A DNA stretch of 41,748 nt, from positions 62,001 through 103,748 of the forward strand of contig MEQL01000040.1 in the NCBI GenBank assembly GCA_001770205.1. Reading direction: 5' to 3'. Shown in pieces: positions 28,159-37,491 of this stretch. Position 1 is the first letter of the stretch. Each line of letters starts with the position of its first letter. A program made the position numbers and the translations under genes. Under the pieces are notes generated by a model, which worked only from the letters and a program-made list of their open reading frames with translations, was not told the origin of the DNA and did not search any database. Origin of the DNA: Bdellovibrionales bacterium RIFOXYD12_FULL_39_22. GTDB taxonomy: Bacteria; Bdellovibrionota; Bacteriovoracia; Bacteriovoracales; Bacteriovoracaceae.

Positions 28159-29019
28159 TTAGCACTGTACCTCAATTGTGCGTCGTGAGTTTTCTTGGGC
28201 AGACTCATTAATGGCCGCAGAAGATTTGTCAACGATGAAACTATTTAAATAATCTTTGGAGAGGTATGATAGAAAAACGTCTTCGTTGTCAGAAAAGTTT
28301 TTCTTAAATTCCGCTAGATGGCCTTCGGGGGTAAGCGAGAAAACCAACTTGTTTTTGGATTCATCCAGGATCTCATAAGAAAAATTGGATTCATATTTTT
28401 TAGCGTTACGGACTAAGCGTTTTATCAAAGAGATTGGATCGTTATCAGAAAAAAGTTTTTTGGCAAAATTACCATGTATTGATTCTTGTTTTACTAAGGC
28501 GAAAATATTATTGGTATCCACCGAAGCTTCGGTGGCGGACTTTTTTATTTTCTGTAAAAAATCAGTGAGAAAGTTGATATTAAGTTGATTGTCATAATTA
28601 CAAAAATAATCAGGGTCAATGCCCATCTCGGTAACTGTCTTTTCAAAACCATCATTTCCCATTAAATTTTTGGCAAAAAATATAAGAGTATTAAGGCCTC
28701 TTATTTTCATGGAGCGTAGATAGGAATAGCGCTGAGGAATTTCAATGCCAGAACTGATTCGGCCACTTTCAACTTGAGAGAAGGTCATGTCGTCTAGATA
28801 GCCATTAATCACCGAATCCATATTTACACCGGTTAATTGGCAAAACTCCGCCCAAAATACCACCGAAGGAACATTGATTCCGTTTTCAATTTTAGACAGA
28901 TACGATTGAGATATACGTAAGTTTGAGCAGACTTCCTTTTGAGTTAGTCCGGATAATTTACGAGCGCAACGAACCATACGTGCGACTTTGGGGGCAGATT
29001 CTGCTTCTGAAGGATTCAT
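28159..29019 (-). CDS. XRE-family HTH regulator with a C-terminal V4R/H-NOX-like domain (paralogue of 24734..25687)
   Basis: ARKLSGLTQKEVCSNLRISQSYLSKIENG is a canonical XRE HTH; IPQRY linker; YESNFSYEI matches YVEKNFKWQV in the paralogue. Confidence 0.85.
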   Translation of the reverse strand: MNPSEAESAPKVARMVRCARKLSGLTQKEVCSNLRISQSYLSKIENGINVPSVVFWAEFCQLTGVNMDSVINGYLDDMTFSQVESGRISSGIEIPQRYSYLRSMKIRGLNTLIFFAKNLMGNDGFEKTVTEMGIDPDYFCNYDNQLNINFLTDFLQKIKKSATEASVDTNNIFALVKQESIHGNFAKKLFSDNDPISLIKRLVRNAKKYESNFSYEILDESKNKLVFSLTPEGHLAEFKKNFSDNEDVFLSYLSKDYLNSFIVDKSSAAINESAQENSRRTIEVQC

Positions 29020-29129
29020 GTATTTTACTCCGATAATAAAAGACTATCATCTTAAATTATAATTCCAAGGAACATGTTTTTACAAGATGGGAAGGTAATT
29101 AATGTATATCAAACAAGGAAGAAGAAATA

Positions 29130-30203
29130 TTATCGGAAATGTTCAATAAATTGCCAAACCATTTCGCGTGATTTTTCCACAATTTGAGGTATTTTCCTCG
29201 GGGATGGAATTTTCTCCATTCCAATTTCGACTACAATTGCCCGTGTTTTTTGTCGCCAGTAAAAATAGTCAGCACTATTACCGGTAGCGATATAGATAGT
29301 GGTAGAAATTTGTCCGGCAATATAACCGTTTTCATGTGACATCTTTTCTACTAATCCCATGAACTCCCTATCATCTTCAACGGCCGGAGCTTGTCGTGTG
29401 TGACCCCAGGGGTACATTACTAATTCACCGTAAGCGTGAAAATCAAGTGTTCCGGCAATTTGGTGGATATTAAAAAAATCAATCCAGGCGGCAACGCAAT
29501 CAATTGGTTCATTGCCAGCATCACCTGGCCAAGGGAAAACGCGGTTAGGATCCTTGTAGTCGATATAACGCTCTTGAGCGATAAAGCTATCTGGACTAGT
29601 TACTGGTAAAATGTAGATTATGTGAGAATCGATCATTTGGGTTAAACGGCCATCTACCCCGTATCCAGCAAGTAATTCTGCTACAAGCGCTAGTACTACC
29701 TCTACTGTAATTAATTCATCTCCATGAGTTGCCGCACTAATTGCCAGAGTTGGACTATTTTTAGAGAGAGCTGTTTTTGAAGCTATTTTAAGTGCATATA
29801 AATTATTTTCGCGCTTGGTTTTTCCATAAACTTCTAAGGAAGCGATTGAGGGGTAGCTTTTTACCCATCCAGTTAATGTTGCCGCCACTTCCGGAAAGGA
29901 GTGGTATGCATCTAGTTCAGATGACTTTTGGCCTTTAAGGAGTTTCAATCTTTTATTTATGTCGAAGGTAAGCAGCGTTGCCTCAGGGGCAAGTTGTAAA
30001 AAATCCTTCTCAAAAATAATAGGGACATAAACTTCGTAGGCAGAATTATTATCTATTCTTTTTACGATCTCAAATTTTTGCGCCACGCTAGATAATCTTG
30101 GATTATCTAGCGGAAGACGATAGCTTCTAATTATTTCTTCTGCCAGAGCGAAGCTGGTATTTAGTATTATTGTTATTAAGGCCAGGAGTGTAATTTTTTT
30201 CAT
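29130..30203 (-). CDS. Secreted M14 zinc carboxypeptidase
   Basis: Signal peptide; HGDE, DPNRVFP, DFHAYGE, YPWG, VEIG. Confidence 0.92.
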   Translation of the reverse strand: MKKITLLALITIILNTSFALAEEIIRSYRLPLDNPRLSSVAQKFEIVKRIDNNSAYEVYVPIIFEKDFLQLAPEATLLTFDINKRLKLLKGQKSSELDAYHSFPEVAATLTGWVKSYPSIASLEVYGKTKRENNLYALKIASKTALSKNSPTLAISAATHGDELITVEVVLALVAELLAGYGVDGRLTQMIDSHIIYILPVTSPDSFIAQERYIDYKDPNRVFPWPGDAGNEPIDCVAAWIDFFNIHQIAGTLDFHAYGELVMYPWGHTRQAPAVEDDREFMGLVEKMSHENGYIAGQISTTIYIATGNSADYFYWRQKTRAIVVEIGMEKIPSPRKIPQIVEKSREMVWQFIEHFR

Positions 30204-30338
30204 TGGAATATGCTTTTATATTTAAGCGAAGCTGTAAAGCTGGGAAGTCTGACAAAATCTGTCTTCGTTAAAAGCTAATTTGTACTGACTAGCTGTTTAA
30301 AATGAAATATAAATATTAGGCTTGAGTTTCACGAAAGT

Positions 30339-31349
30339 ATGAGAAGGATCTCAGAATATATGTCACAACTTTGCGATTCATACAAAAGACGTTTAAATTA
30401 TTTGAGATTGTCGTTAACAGATCGCTGTAATTTGCGTTGCTCATACTGCCGGCCTTTTGAAACAGCTTCAGACAATGAGATGGCAGGGCCACTTACCCCG
30501 AGAGAAATTGAAAATTTGGCCCGGGCCTTGGGCCCACTAGGTATATGCAAAATTCGCTTAACCGGAGGAGAGCCCACGTTGCGTCGCGATCTGTTAGATA
30601 TTGTGGCAACACTAAACTCTGCAGGCCATTTTGAAAAAATTGCGCTCTCAACCAATGGGGTTTTGCTTAAAGATTTGGCGTTCGGCCTAAAAATGGCAGG
30701 AATTAACGCCATCAACATAAGTGTGGATACTCTTGATAGAGAAAAATTTGCGAACATTACTGGGTATGACAAATTGATGGATATCTTGCACGGGATTGAG
30801 GTCGCCTTGACTGCTGGAATTACCTCCATAAAAGTTAATGCTGTCTTGATGAATGGTATAAACGATGGTGATGGAATAAATCAATTTTTACAGATGGTAA
30901 AGGTATGGCCTATTTCAGTTCGTTTTATTGAGCTAATGAAATTGGGCGTTAACGAGTCTAGTTTTGCCGAGAGGTATTTATCTCCTTTGTCGATAATTGA
31001 GCGATTGGAGCTAGATGGTTGGGTGGCCCAGAATCACCGCTTGTCTACTGATGGGCCAGCGCAAATTTTCCGCCACCATGATTTTCGCGGGAGTGTCGGT
31101 TTTATTCTTCCGTATAGTAGAAAATTTTGTGGAGAGTGTAATCGTATCAGAGTTGATAGTCGCGGCCGTCTGAGAACTTGTTTGTTTGGAAAAAACGATT
31201 ATTCATTAAGAGATTTGTTACAAAAAGAGGAGATGCGTTCACATCTGCAGGATAAAATATTATCGTTATTAGATTTAAAACCCAAAGAGCATCATCTTGA
31301 AATGGGGGATGCTGGTAAAGTAGATGGGCTGGTTTCCATCGGAGGATAG
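30339..31349 (+). CDS. moaA: GTP 3',8-cyclase MoaA
   Basis: YLRLSLTDRCNLRCSYC, RLTGGEP, FCGECNRIR..TCL, C-terminal GG. Start could be 30360. Confidence 0.96.
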   Translation: MRRISEYMSQLCDSYKRRLNYLRLSLTDRCNLRCSYCRPFETASDNEMAGPLTPREIENLARALGPLGICKIRLTGGEPTLRRDLLDIVATLNSAGHFEKIALSTNGVLLKDLAFGLKMAGINAINISVDTLDREKFANITGYDKLMDILHGIEVALTAGITSIKVNAVLMNGINDGDGINQFLQMVKVWPISVRFIELMKLGVNESSFAERYLSPLSIIERLELDGWVAQNHRLSTDGPAQIFRHHDFRGSVGFILPYSRKFCGECNRIRVDSRGRLRTCLFGKNDYSLRDLLQKEEMRSHLQDKILSLLDLKPKEHHLEMGDAGKVDGLVSIGG

Positions 31350-31354
31350 GGAAG

Positions 31355-31711
31355 ATGAATGTACGTTTTTCTAGAGGTAAAATTCGTTTTCGCATAGACA
31401 CTGCGGAGTTGGATAGATTAATTGATCGATCGCCAATAGAGGAGAGCGTTTTTTTTGCTGCTGATGATTTTTTATACTTTACCATTATGAGTGTTGCTGG
31501 CGGCGATAGGTTGTTTAAAATATCTAAGCAGGGTAATAATATCTCTTTGGAGGTGTCTGCCTTGGCGTTGGAAAATTTAAAGTCAAATTTGGCCCATTCC
31601 GATTTTCTGTCCGATAGTATTTACTTCGCGGAAGGTAAGAGCGTCAAAGTTGTTTTGGAAATTGATTTGCATGATCCTATGCTAAAAAATAAAAAAGTGA
31701 ATAGAAATTAG
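31355..31711 (+). CDS. Small hypothetical protein within the Moco operon
   Basis: Tightly packed in the operon; MNVRFS..KIRFRID..EL N-terminus; no function recognised. Confidence 0.75.
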   Translation: MNVRFSRGKIRFRIDTAELDRLIDRSPIEESVFFAADDFLYFTIMSVAGGDRLFKISKQGNNISLEVSALALENLKSNLAHSDFLSDSIYFAEGKSVKVVLEIDLHDPMLKNKKVNRN

Positions 31712-31719
31712 GATTTAAT

Positions 31720-32664
31720 ATGACGACAAAACAAGAGACAGTGATGACCCATGTGGATGGAGATGGTAAGGCCCAGATGGTAGATGTTGCGGATAAGAAA
31801 GAAACTATTCGCGAAGCCTCGGCCTATGCACAGGTGAGATTATCTCCAGAGGCCTTTGCGGCAGTTGCAGAAAATAACCTCAAAAAAGGTGATGCGTTAG
31901 CAGTGGCCAAGTTGGCCGGTATCATGGGCGCCAAAAAAACTTCTGAATTGATTCCGTTGTGTCACAATATTTTTGTATCTAAAATTGATGTTGAACTATC
32001 ACTTAATGGCCAGGAAAAAAGTATAGAGATTGTATCTTCTGCCAAGGCCCAAGGACAAACTGGCGTAGAAATGGAAGCGATGATGGCAGTTTCTATTGCC
32101 GCCTTAACCATCTACGATATGTGCAAGGCCATTGATAAGGGAATTGAAATTTCCGCTGTGAGATTACTCTCTAAACGTGGTGGGAAGAGCGGAGAGTATT
32201 ACTATAAAGGGAAAGAAATTGCTGGCCGTGGTATGGTAGTTGCCATTTCTGTTAGTGAAACAGTCGGAGTGCAAAAAAGTAACGTTGAAGCTGCCGAGTT
32301 CGTTGTTGATCATGGAATCAAAGGTGATGCGCATGCAAAAAATTGGCATCGGCAAGTTAGTTTTTTGGCCCAGGAAAGTATTGATCAAATGATAAAAAAA
32401 GGTCTGACACATTTACGGCCAGGAAATTTTGCCGAAAATATTACCACAAAAAATTTGAATCTTCATAAACTTCCAGTTGGAACCAAAGTACAAATAGGCC
32501 GTGAAGTTACCATGGAAATTACTCAAATCGGGAAAGAGTGCCATTCCCGATGTGCAATTTATCATGCTGCAGGCGATTGCGTTATGCCTAAAGATGGTGT
32601 TTTTGCCAAGGTATTAAATGGTGGAATTGCTAGAGTTGGAGATGAGATAAGGATTATCACATGA
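31720..32664 (+). CDS. moaC: MoaC fused to a C-terminal MOSC domain
   Basis: MVDVADK, LIPLCH, TGVEMEA, IYDMCKA; then GDAHA, RQVSFL, GNFAENITT, TQIGKECH..C. Confidence 0.95.
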   Translation: MTTKQETVMTHVDGDGKAQMVDVADKKETIREASAYAQVRLSPEAFAAVAENNLKKGDALAVAKLAGIMGAKKTSELIPLCHNIFVSKIDVELSLNGQEKSIEIVSSAKAQGQTGVEMEAMMAVSIAALTIYDMCKAIDKGIEISAVRLLSKRGGKSGEYYYKGKEIAGRGMVVAISVSETVGVQKSNVEAAEFVVDHGIKGDAHAKNWHRQVSFLAQESIDQMIKKGLTHLRPGNFAENITTKNLNLHKLPVGTKVQIGREVTMEITQIGKECHSRCAIYHAAGDCVMPKDGVFAKVLNGGIARVGDEIRIIT

Positions 32665-33890
32665 TTTCATACCTCAACGCACTTTCAATTGTTCGCAATA
32701 GTGCAAACGGTTTTGCCTTGTGCCAAGAAACAGTTCCCCTTTTAGAATCGTTGGGACGAGTGTTGGCCGCGGATGTAATTGCGGATATTAATCTTCCTCC
32801 ATTTAATAATGCGGCAATGGATGGCATCGCTATATCTTACTCCTCCGAGAGAAGGTATTGGAAACTGCAAGGTGAGATCTCTGCCGGCCACTATATGGAG
32901 ATTTCGTCTCTACGAGAAGATGAGGCGGTGCAAATTATGACGGGTGCAAAACTCCCTTCGCAATGTGACACCATTATTCCCATTGAGGATTTGCAAATAA
33001 AGGGAGGTGGTGCCTCCTTGGCAGTGGATTTTAGGCAAATAAAAAAAGGCCAACACATTCGGCAGCAAGGTGAGGATTTGGCCAAAGGCCACAAGGCACT
33101 AAGTGCGCATTGCAAGATTTCTGCAGCACAAATACCTATTTTGGCCACCTGTGGCCTAGATTTTGTGCCAGTTTTTCGCAAACTTAAAATTGCTATTTTA
33201 TCAACGGGTGATGAACTAGTAGACATTGATAAAATTCCAACTGGTGATCAAATTAGAGTATCAAACCTATCATCACTTTCCGCCCTAGTAAGTAGCATCG
33301 GACATACTTCGATCAATTATGGTGTTGCGCGTGATGCGTTAGATGCACCGACAGGAGTGCTGTCCAAGATGTCAAAAATTTTGGAGAGCGATGTAGATAT
33401 TGTGCTTTTAACTGGTGGTGTTTCTATGGGTAAATTTGATTATGTAAGAGAGGCCATGGATTTACTAGGAGTACAATCACATTTTTGGCAGTCCATGATT
33501 CGCCCTGGAAAACCACTTACTTTTGGCACACATGAAAGTGCAAGAGGGCGAAAATTTGTCTTTGGCCTTCCGGGAAATCCCGTTTCTTGTTTTGTTAATT
33601 TTTATACTTATGTGGTGGCTTTGATAGATAGTATTACAGGAGTTGACGATAGCGTTAAGCGCGTGCGCGCGAAGCTTGTTAATGATGTTCGTAAGCGTGA
33701 TAATAAACGACATTTTATGCGTGCTAAATATTTTGTTGATCCAGAAAATGGAGAGTCTAAAGTTTTAGTATTATCAGAACAAACCTCTGGTAACTTATAT
33801 GGACTTGGCCAGGCAAATTGCTTGGCAGTAATTTTGGAGGATGTATTAAATCCTTCGGCCGGTGAGGTGTTAGAATGTATTCTGATATAA
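32661..33890 (+). CDS. moeA: Molybdopterin molybdotransferase MoeA
   Basis: PPFNNAAMDG, IMTGA, STGDEL, TGGVSMG, PGKP, GLPGNPVS. Confidence 0.96.
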   Translation: MISYLNALSIVRNSANGFALCQETVPLLESLGRVLAADVIADINLPPFNNAAMDGIAISYSSERRYWKLQGEISAGHYMEISSLREDEAVQIMTGAKLPSQCDTIIPIEDLQIKGGGASLAVDFRQIKKGQHIRQQGEDLAKGHKALSAHCKISAAQIPILATCGLDFVPVFRKLKIAILSTGDELVDIDKIPTGDQIRVSNLSSLSALVSSIGHTSINYGVARDALDAPTGVLSKMSKILESDVDIVLLTGGVSMGKFDYVREAMDLLGVQSHFWQSMIRPGKPLTFGTHESARGRKFVFGLPGNPVSCFVNFYTYVVALIDSITGVDDSVKRVRAKLVNDVRKRDNKRHFMRAKYFVDPENGESKVLVLSEQTSGNLYGLGQANCLAVILEDVLNPSAGEVLECILI

Positions 33891-34498
33891 CAGGTGTTAT
33901 TTTGGCCGGAGGAAAGAGCACGCGAATGGGCCAGAATAAGGCATTGCTGAAAATTGGTAACGAGTTGGCCATTGAACGAACTGTTAAAATGATGAGGCGA
34001 ATTTTTTCGCAACTTATCTTAATCACCAATACTCCTAACGAATATGCATTTTTGTCTCTTCCCATGTATTCGGACCTTTTTAAACAACAAGGCCCTTTGG
34101 CCGGAATTCATGCAGCATTAAAAAATGTTGAGAGTGAGAAAGTATTTATTATTAGTTGCGATATGCCTCTTATAACCGAGGAAACAATCCGTTTTATTTT
34201 AGATTACCCATCTTTTTTGCCAATTGTAGTTCCGAAGGCAGATGGTTTTGTACAACAGCTTTGTGGTATTTACTCTCGCTCGGTTGTGGAATTGGCAGAG
34301 GGACTTTTATCCTCGAGTGATGAAGAAGAGGGTCGAGATAAACATCAACACAAAAGAAAATGCAAAGTAATGAGTTTATTAGAGATGGCAGGTGCGACGA
34401 AAATTGAAATGGAACAGGAATTTGGAGATTATAAAGCGAACTCTTTTTTAAATATGAATCGCCTGGATGAATATGAGGCCATTTTAAAATTGATATAG
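33875..34498 (+). CDS. mobA: Molybdenum cofactor guanylyltransferase MobA
   Basis: ILAGGKSTRMG..KA, GPLAGI, SCDMP, FLNMN. Confidence 0.93.
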   Translation: MYSDITGVILAGGKSTRMGQNKALLKIGNELAIERTVKMMRRIFSQLILITNTPNEYAFLSLPMYSDLFKQQGPLAGIHAALKNVESEKVFIISCDMPLITEETIRFILDYPSFLPIVVPKADGFVQQLCGIYSRSVVELAEGLLSSSDEEEGRDKHQHKRKCKVMSLLEMAGATKIEMEQEFGDYKANSFLNMNRLDEYEAILKLI

Positions 34499-34524
34499 AT
34501 AGGTTGATAGAAGTCAGGAGAGAT

Positions 34525-35502
34525 ATGGGTATGTTTAAAATAATTGTCTTGTCATGTATTGCCGTGCAAACTCTTTTGGCAGTTGAAATTTACAACAGTG
34601 GAAGTTTGGGGGGAGGGAGTACAGATAATGTTAATTTAACCTATGATGGTGCGATTGCTGATAATTATCTATCTTTTTCTCATGGCACAAAATTTTTATT
34701 CAACAAAGATTTCTATGCTAAGGTTCGACTCGAATTATATAACTATTTTACGGAAGAACAGAACTCTTCTTATAATTTACAGTCCGCATTTGATAAAAGT
34801 TATTACTGGTTTGGAAATTGGGTTACGGACATTGGCGCGGCGGCATTTTATCAGCGTTATCCGCACGGAAGTGATCCAGAGACCACTAGCACTTTTGATT
34901 CGATGGGTGGAGAAGTGACATTTGGGAATACTTATCAGGGAGAACAGCATGCTCCCTATGTAGTTATTGCTAGCTCGGGCCAAAATTATATCGAAGTGGA
35001 TGATCGTTTTGATTTAGAGTTATCTTTAGCGTTAGGAGATGATCACTACCTAAGTGATTATCTTTTTTTAAACTACGATATAACTATTGGGTTTGTTGAT
35101 TCTTCGGATAGTTACTATAGCAATAATTCTTTTTCTTGTTCTTTTAGTGGAGAGTATCTCTTTTCGGCAAATTTATCGCTTAATGCGCTTATCTCTGTTG
35201 AGCGGACCTCCTATCCAAATAGAACTATTTCTTCTAGCGGCATGGTTATGGGAAGTCAGAAGCAAAATCAAAGATTATTGAATGCAATGAGACCTAATCG
35301 TGATTCGTCAGATAGTATTTTTTCTTTGCAGTCGAACGAAGAATTTCAAAATTTGATTAAGTTGGGTGGAGGATTTGCCTATAAAATTACAGAATTTCTA
35401 GATGGAGAATTTGATTTGTCGGCCACTTCTAATTCCTCGAACACTCAAACTGAGCGTTATAGTGCGTTGGAATTAAGTGGCCGTTTAGCGTATCGATTTT
35501 AG
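34525..35502 (+). CDS. Putative outer-membrane beta-barrel protein
   Basis: Signal peptide; amphipathic Tyr/Ser-rich strands; C-terminal LAYRF; AGGAG RBS before 34525. Confidence 0.7.
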   Translation: MGMFKIIVLSCIAVQTLLAVEIYNSGSLGGGSTDNVNLTYDGAIADNYLSFSHGTKFLFNKDFYAKVRLELYNYFTEEQNSSYNLQSAFDKSYYWFGNWVTDIGAAAFYQRYPHGSDPETTSTFDSMGGEVTFGNTYQGEQHAPYVVIASSGQNYIEVDDRFDLELSLALGDDHYLSDYLFLNYDITIGFVDSSDSYYSNNSFSCSFSGEYLFSANLSLNALISVERTSYPNRTISSSGMVMGSQKQNQRLLNAMRPNRDSSDSIFSLQSNEEFQNLIKLGGGFAYKITEFLDGEFDLSATSNSSNTQTERYSALELSGRLAYRF

Positions 35503-35507
35503 TTTGT

Positions 35508-36083
35508 TTAAGGCGTTGTTGGCGTTGTGGTTGCCTTCTCTTCTTCTTCAGTGGCAGTAGTACTGGCAGCCTTGTCATCAGAAGTATTTCCCTTAACTGA
35601 TTTTTTCATCTCGATCATTTTCGAGTGTTGTTCGCCTTGAAATTGTTTATTTTCTGCGATTTGTTTCTTTTTAAATTCGGCAATGGCAGTTCGGCGTTGT
35701 TCTGGAGTCATGTTACTGTCACCGGCCAGCTTATCATAAAAAGCTAGAGATTCTTCGTATTGAGCATTTCGATGTGCCAGTCTATTAGTATGGTTTGTAT
35801 CGAAGGCGGCCAAAATTTCTTCTCGTTCAGCATCGGTCAGTTTACTATTTTGCGCCAAACGTTCTTGTAATCTATTGCGATGTTCTGCAAACTTATTTGC
35901 TTGCATTTCGTTGCGTTGCAGTCGACGCTGTTCTTTTCGTTCGCGTTGTTCTTTTTTATGCTCTGCTCGTTGTCCTTGTCTTTGTCCTTGGCCAGAACCT
36001 GTGCCACGTTCTTCATTTTTAGCGTAGCTTGGAACGAGTAGTAATACAATCATGGCCAGTAGAGAAATCAACCTTAATTTCAT
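35508..36083 (-). CDS. Secreted or periplasmic helical, highly charged hypothetical protein
   Basis: Signal peptide; Q/R/E-rich helices; repeated LTDAER/MTPEQR motifs; Thr-rich tail; AGGAGG RBS. Confidence 0.78.
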   Translation of the reverse strand: MKLRLISLLAMIVLLLVPSYAKNEERGTGSGQGQRQGQRAEHKKEQRERKEQRRLQRNEMQANKFAEHRNRLQERLAQNSKLTDAEREEILAAFDTNHTNRLAHRNAQYEESLAFYDKLAGDSNMTPEQRRTAIAEFKKKQIAENKQFQGEQHSKMIEMKKSVKGNTSDDKAASTTATEEEEKATTTPTTP

Positions 36084-36115
36084 ATTGCCTCCTTTATAAT
36101 TAGTAATTGTGTTTG

Positions 36116-37468
36116 CTATAAGATAGAAGGATTACACAATATTAATTTTTCTTCAACTTTTTTAGTGGTAATTTTAAGAAGAATGGAGACGCCAATTGCT
36201 TGGCAACATAGTCCGATTGCCAGGCCAATCCAAATACCACGTGCAAGTAGGTGATGGTTAAATGCTAGATAAGAGCCAAGTGGGAGGCCAATTATCCAAT
36301 AGGAAACCATAATGATAAAGAATACGCGATAAGTTTCGCCTAGTCCGCGCAAAACTCCAGAGAGAGTAACTTGCACACCATCAAAAAGTTGAAATAGTGC
36401 AACGATGAATAGAATTGGTACACCAACTACGATTAGTTGGGAATCTGCAGAAAAAAGTTTTAAACAATATTCTGGGAAAAAATAGAATGCTAGGCCAGAG
36501 CAGCTCATAAAAGTTAAAGATAAAAACAGAGCACTTTCTATAAAGAGAAAGACACGATCTATTCTCTTCTCTCCAATGGCATGGCCGACCTTTACAGCTA
36601 CTGCGTTGGATACGGCCAAAGGGACCATGAAGGTAATTGAGGCCAGAGTTAGAATTACATTGTGTGCTGCGGCCTGTATTGTTCCCATCATTCCAGTGAG
36701 AATGGACGAGAGACCAAAGGCCGCCACTTCCATCCCAACGGTGAAAGCAATGGGGATACTGAGTTTCGTTATTTCCCAAAAAAGAGTGGTAAAAATTGAA
36801 AAAGAGTGAAGATATTTTTTGGCATAAATAATTATAGCAATTGCCAGTGAAATTCGAGTGATAATACTGGCAATTGCCAATCCCACAACTCCATAGGAAG
36901 GAATTGGCCCTAGGCCAAAAACGAAAACATAATTAAGGGCAATATTAGAAATTACAGCGATAACGGATAGCGCATTAGAAAATAATACATCTTCAAATGA
37001 TTGAAGAAATTCTTTTACGGCCTGGAAAATAAAGGCCCCCAAAAAGGAAAAAGAAAAAGCGATACTGTATTGGCGAATTAGTGGAATTAGTTTTGCTTCA
37101 AAATTAAAATAAGGAATGAATTGAATGAGTAGGAGAGTAAGCAGCTGAGTTATAATTGCGACAATAACAGCATAGACGATAGAGGTTACAAGATATTTGC
37201 CAACATCTTCACCCTCTCCTCTTCTTTTAGCGAGGATCGGGGAAATTCCAGCAAGACAAGATAGTCCAGCAACAAAAAGAGGTGAAATAAAACCGGTGGC
37301 CACCCCCGTAGCGGCCACTGCTTCAGTAGAATATTTGGCGGCCACTAAAACATCTCCTGCGCCAATGAGCATCTGTCCTAGTTGGCCCAGAACAATTGGA
37401 ATTGCAAAGATAAAAAGTTCTTTTGAAGATAAAACAATTTTACGTAGAGACAATTTGGGCAATGGCAT
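36116..37468 (-). CDS. MATE family efflux transporter
   Basis: About 12 TM segments; PIVLGQL, LNYVFVFG, FMVPLAVS, FQLFDGVQ...GVLRGLG. Confidence 0.94.
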   Translation of the reverse strand: MPLPKLSLRKIVLSSKELFIFAIPIVLGQLGQMLIGAGDVLVAAKYSTEAVAATGVATGFISPLFVAGLSCLAGISPILAKRRGEGEDVGKYLVTSIVYAVIVAIITQLLTLLLIQFIPYFNFEAKLIPLIRQYSIAFSFSFLGAFIFQAVKEFLQSFEDVLFSNALSVIAVISNIALNYVFVFGLGPIPSYGVVGLAIASIITRISLAIAIIIYAKKYLHSFSIFTTLFWEITKLSIPIAFTVGMEVAAFGLSSILTGMMGTIQAAAHNVILTLASITFMVPLAVSNAVAVKVGHAIGEKRIDRVFLFIESALFLSLTFMSCSGLAFYFFPEYCLKLFSADSQLIVVGVPILFIVALFQLFDGVQVTLSGVLRGLGETYRVFFIIMVSYWIIGLPLGSYLAFNHHLLARGIWIGLAIGLCCQAIGVSILLKITTKKVEEKLILCNPSIL

Positions 37469-37491
37469 AATCTTGAGGGTTTTTTACCAGG

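Noticed and set aside
24734..29019. Toxin-antitoxin or anti-phage reading of the XRE cassette
   Set aside because: No nuclease, ATPase or toxin motifs are visible, and the methyltransferase looks like a small-molecule type with no DPPY/NPPY or PC motif.
35930..35995. Short tandem-like repeats (TTGTCC/TTGTCT)
   Set aside because: Explained by low-complexity GQGQRQGQR and KEQR coding in the minus-strand gene.
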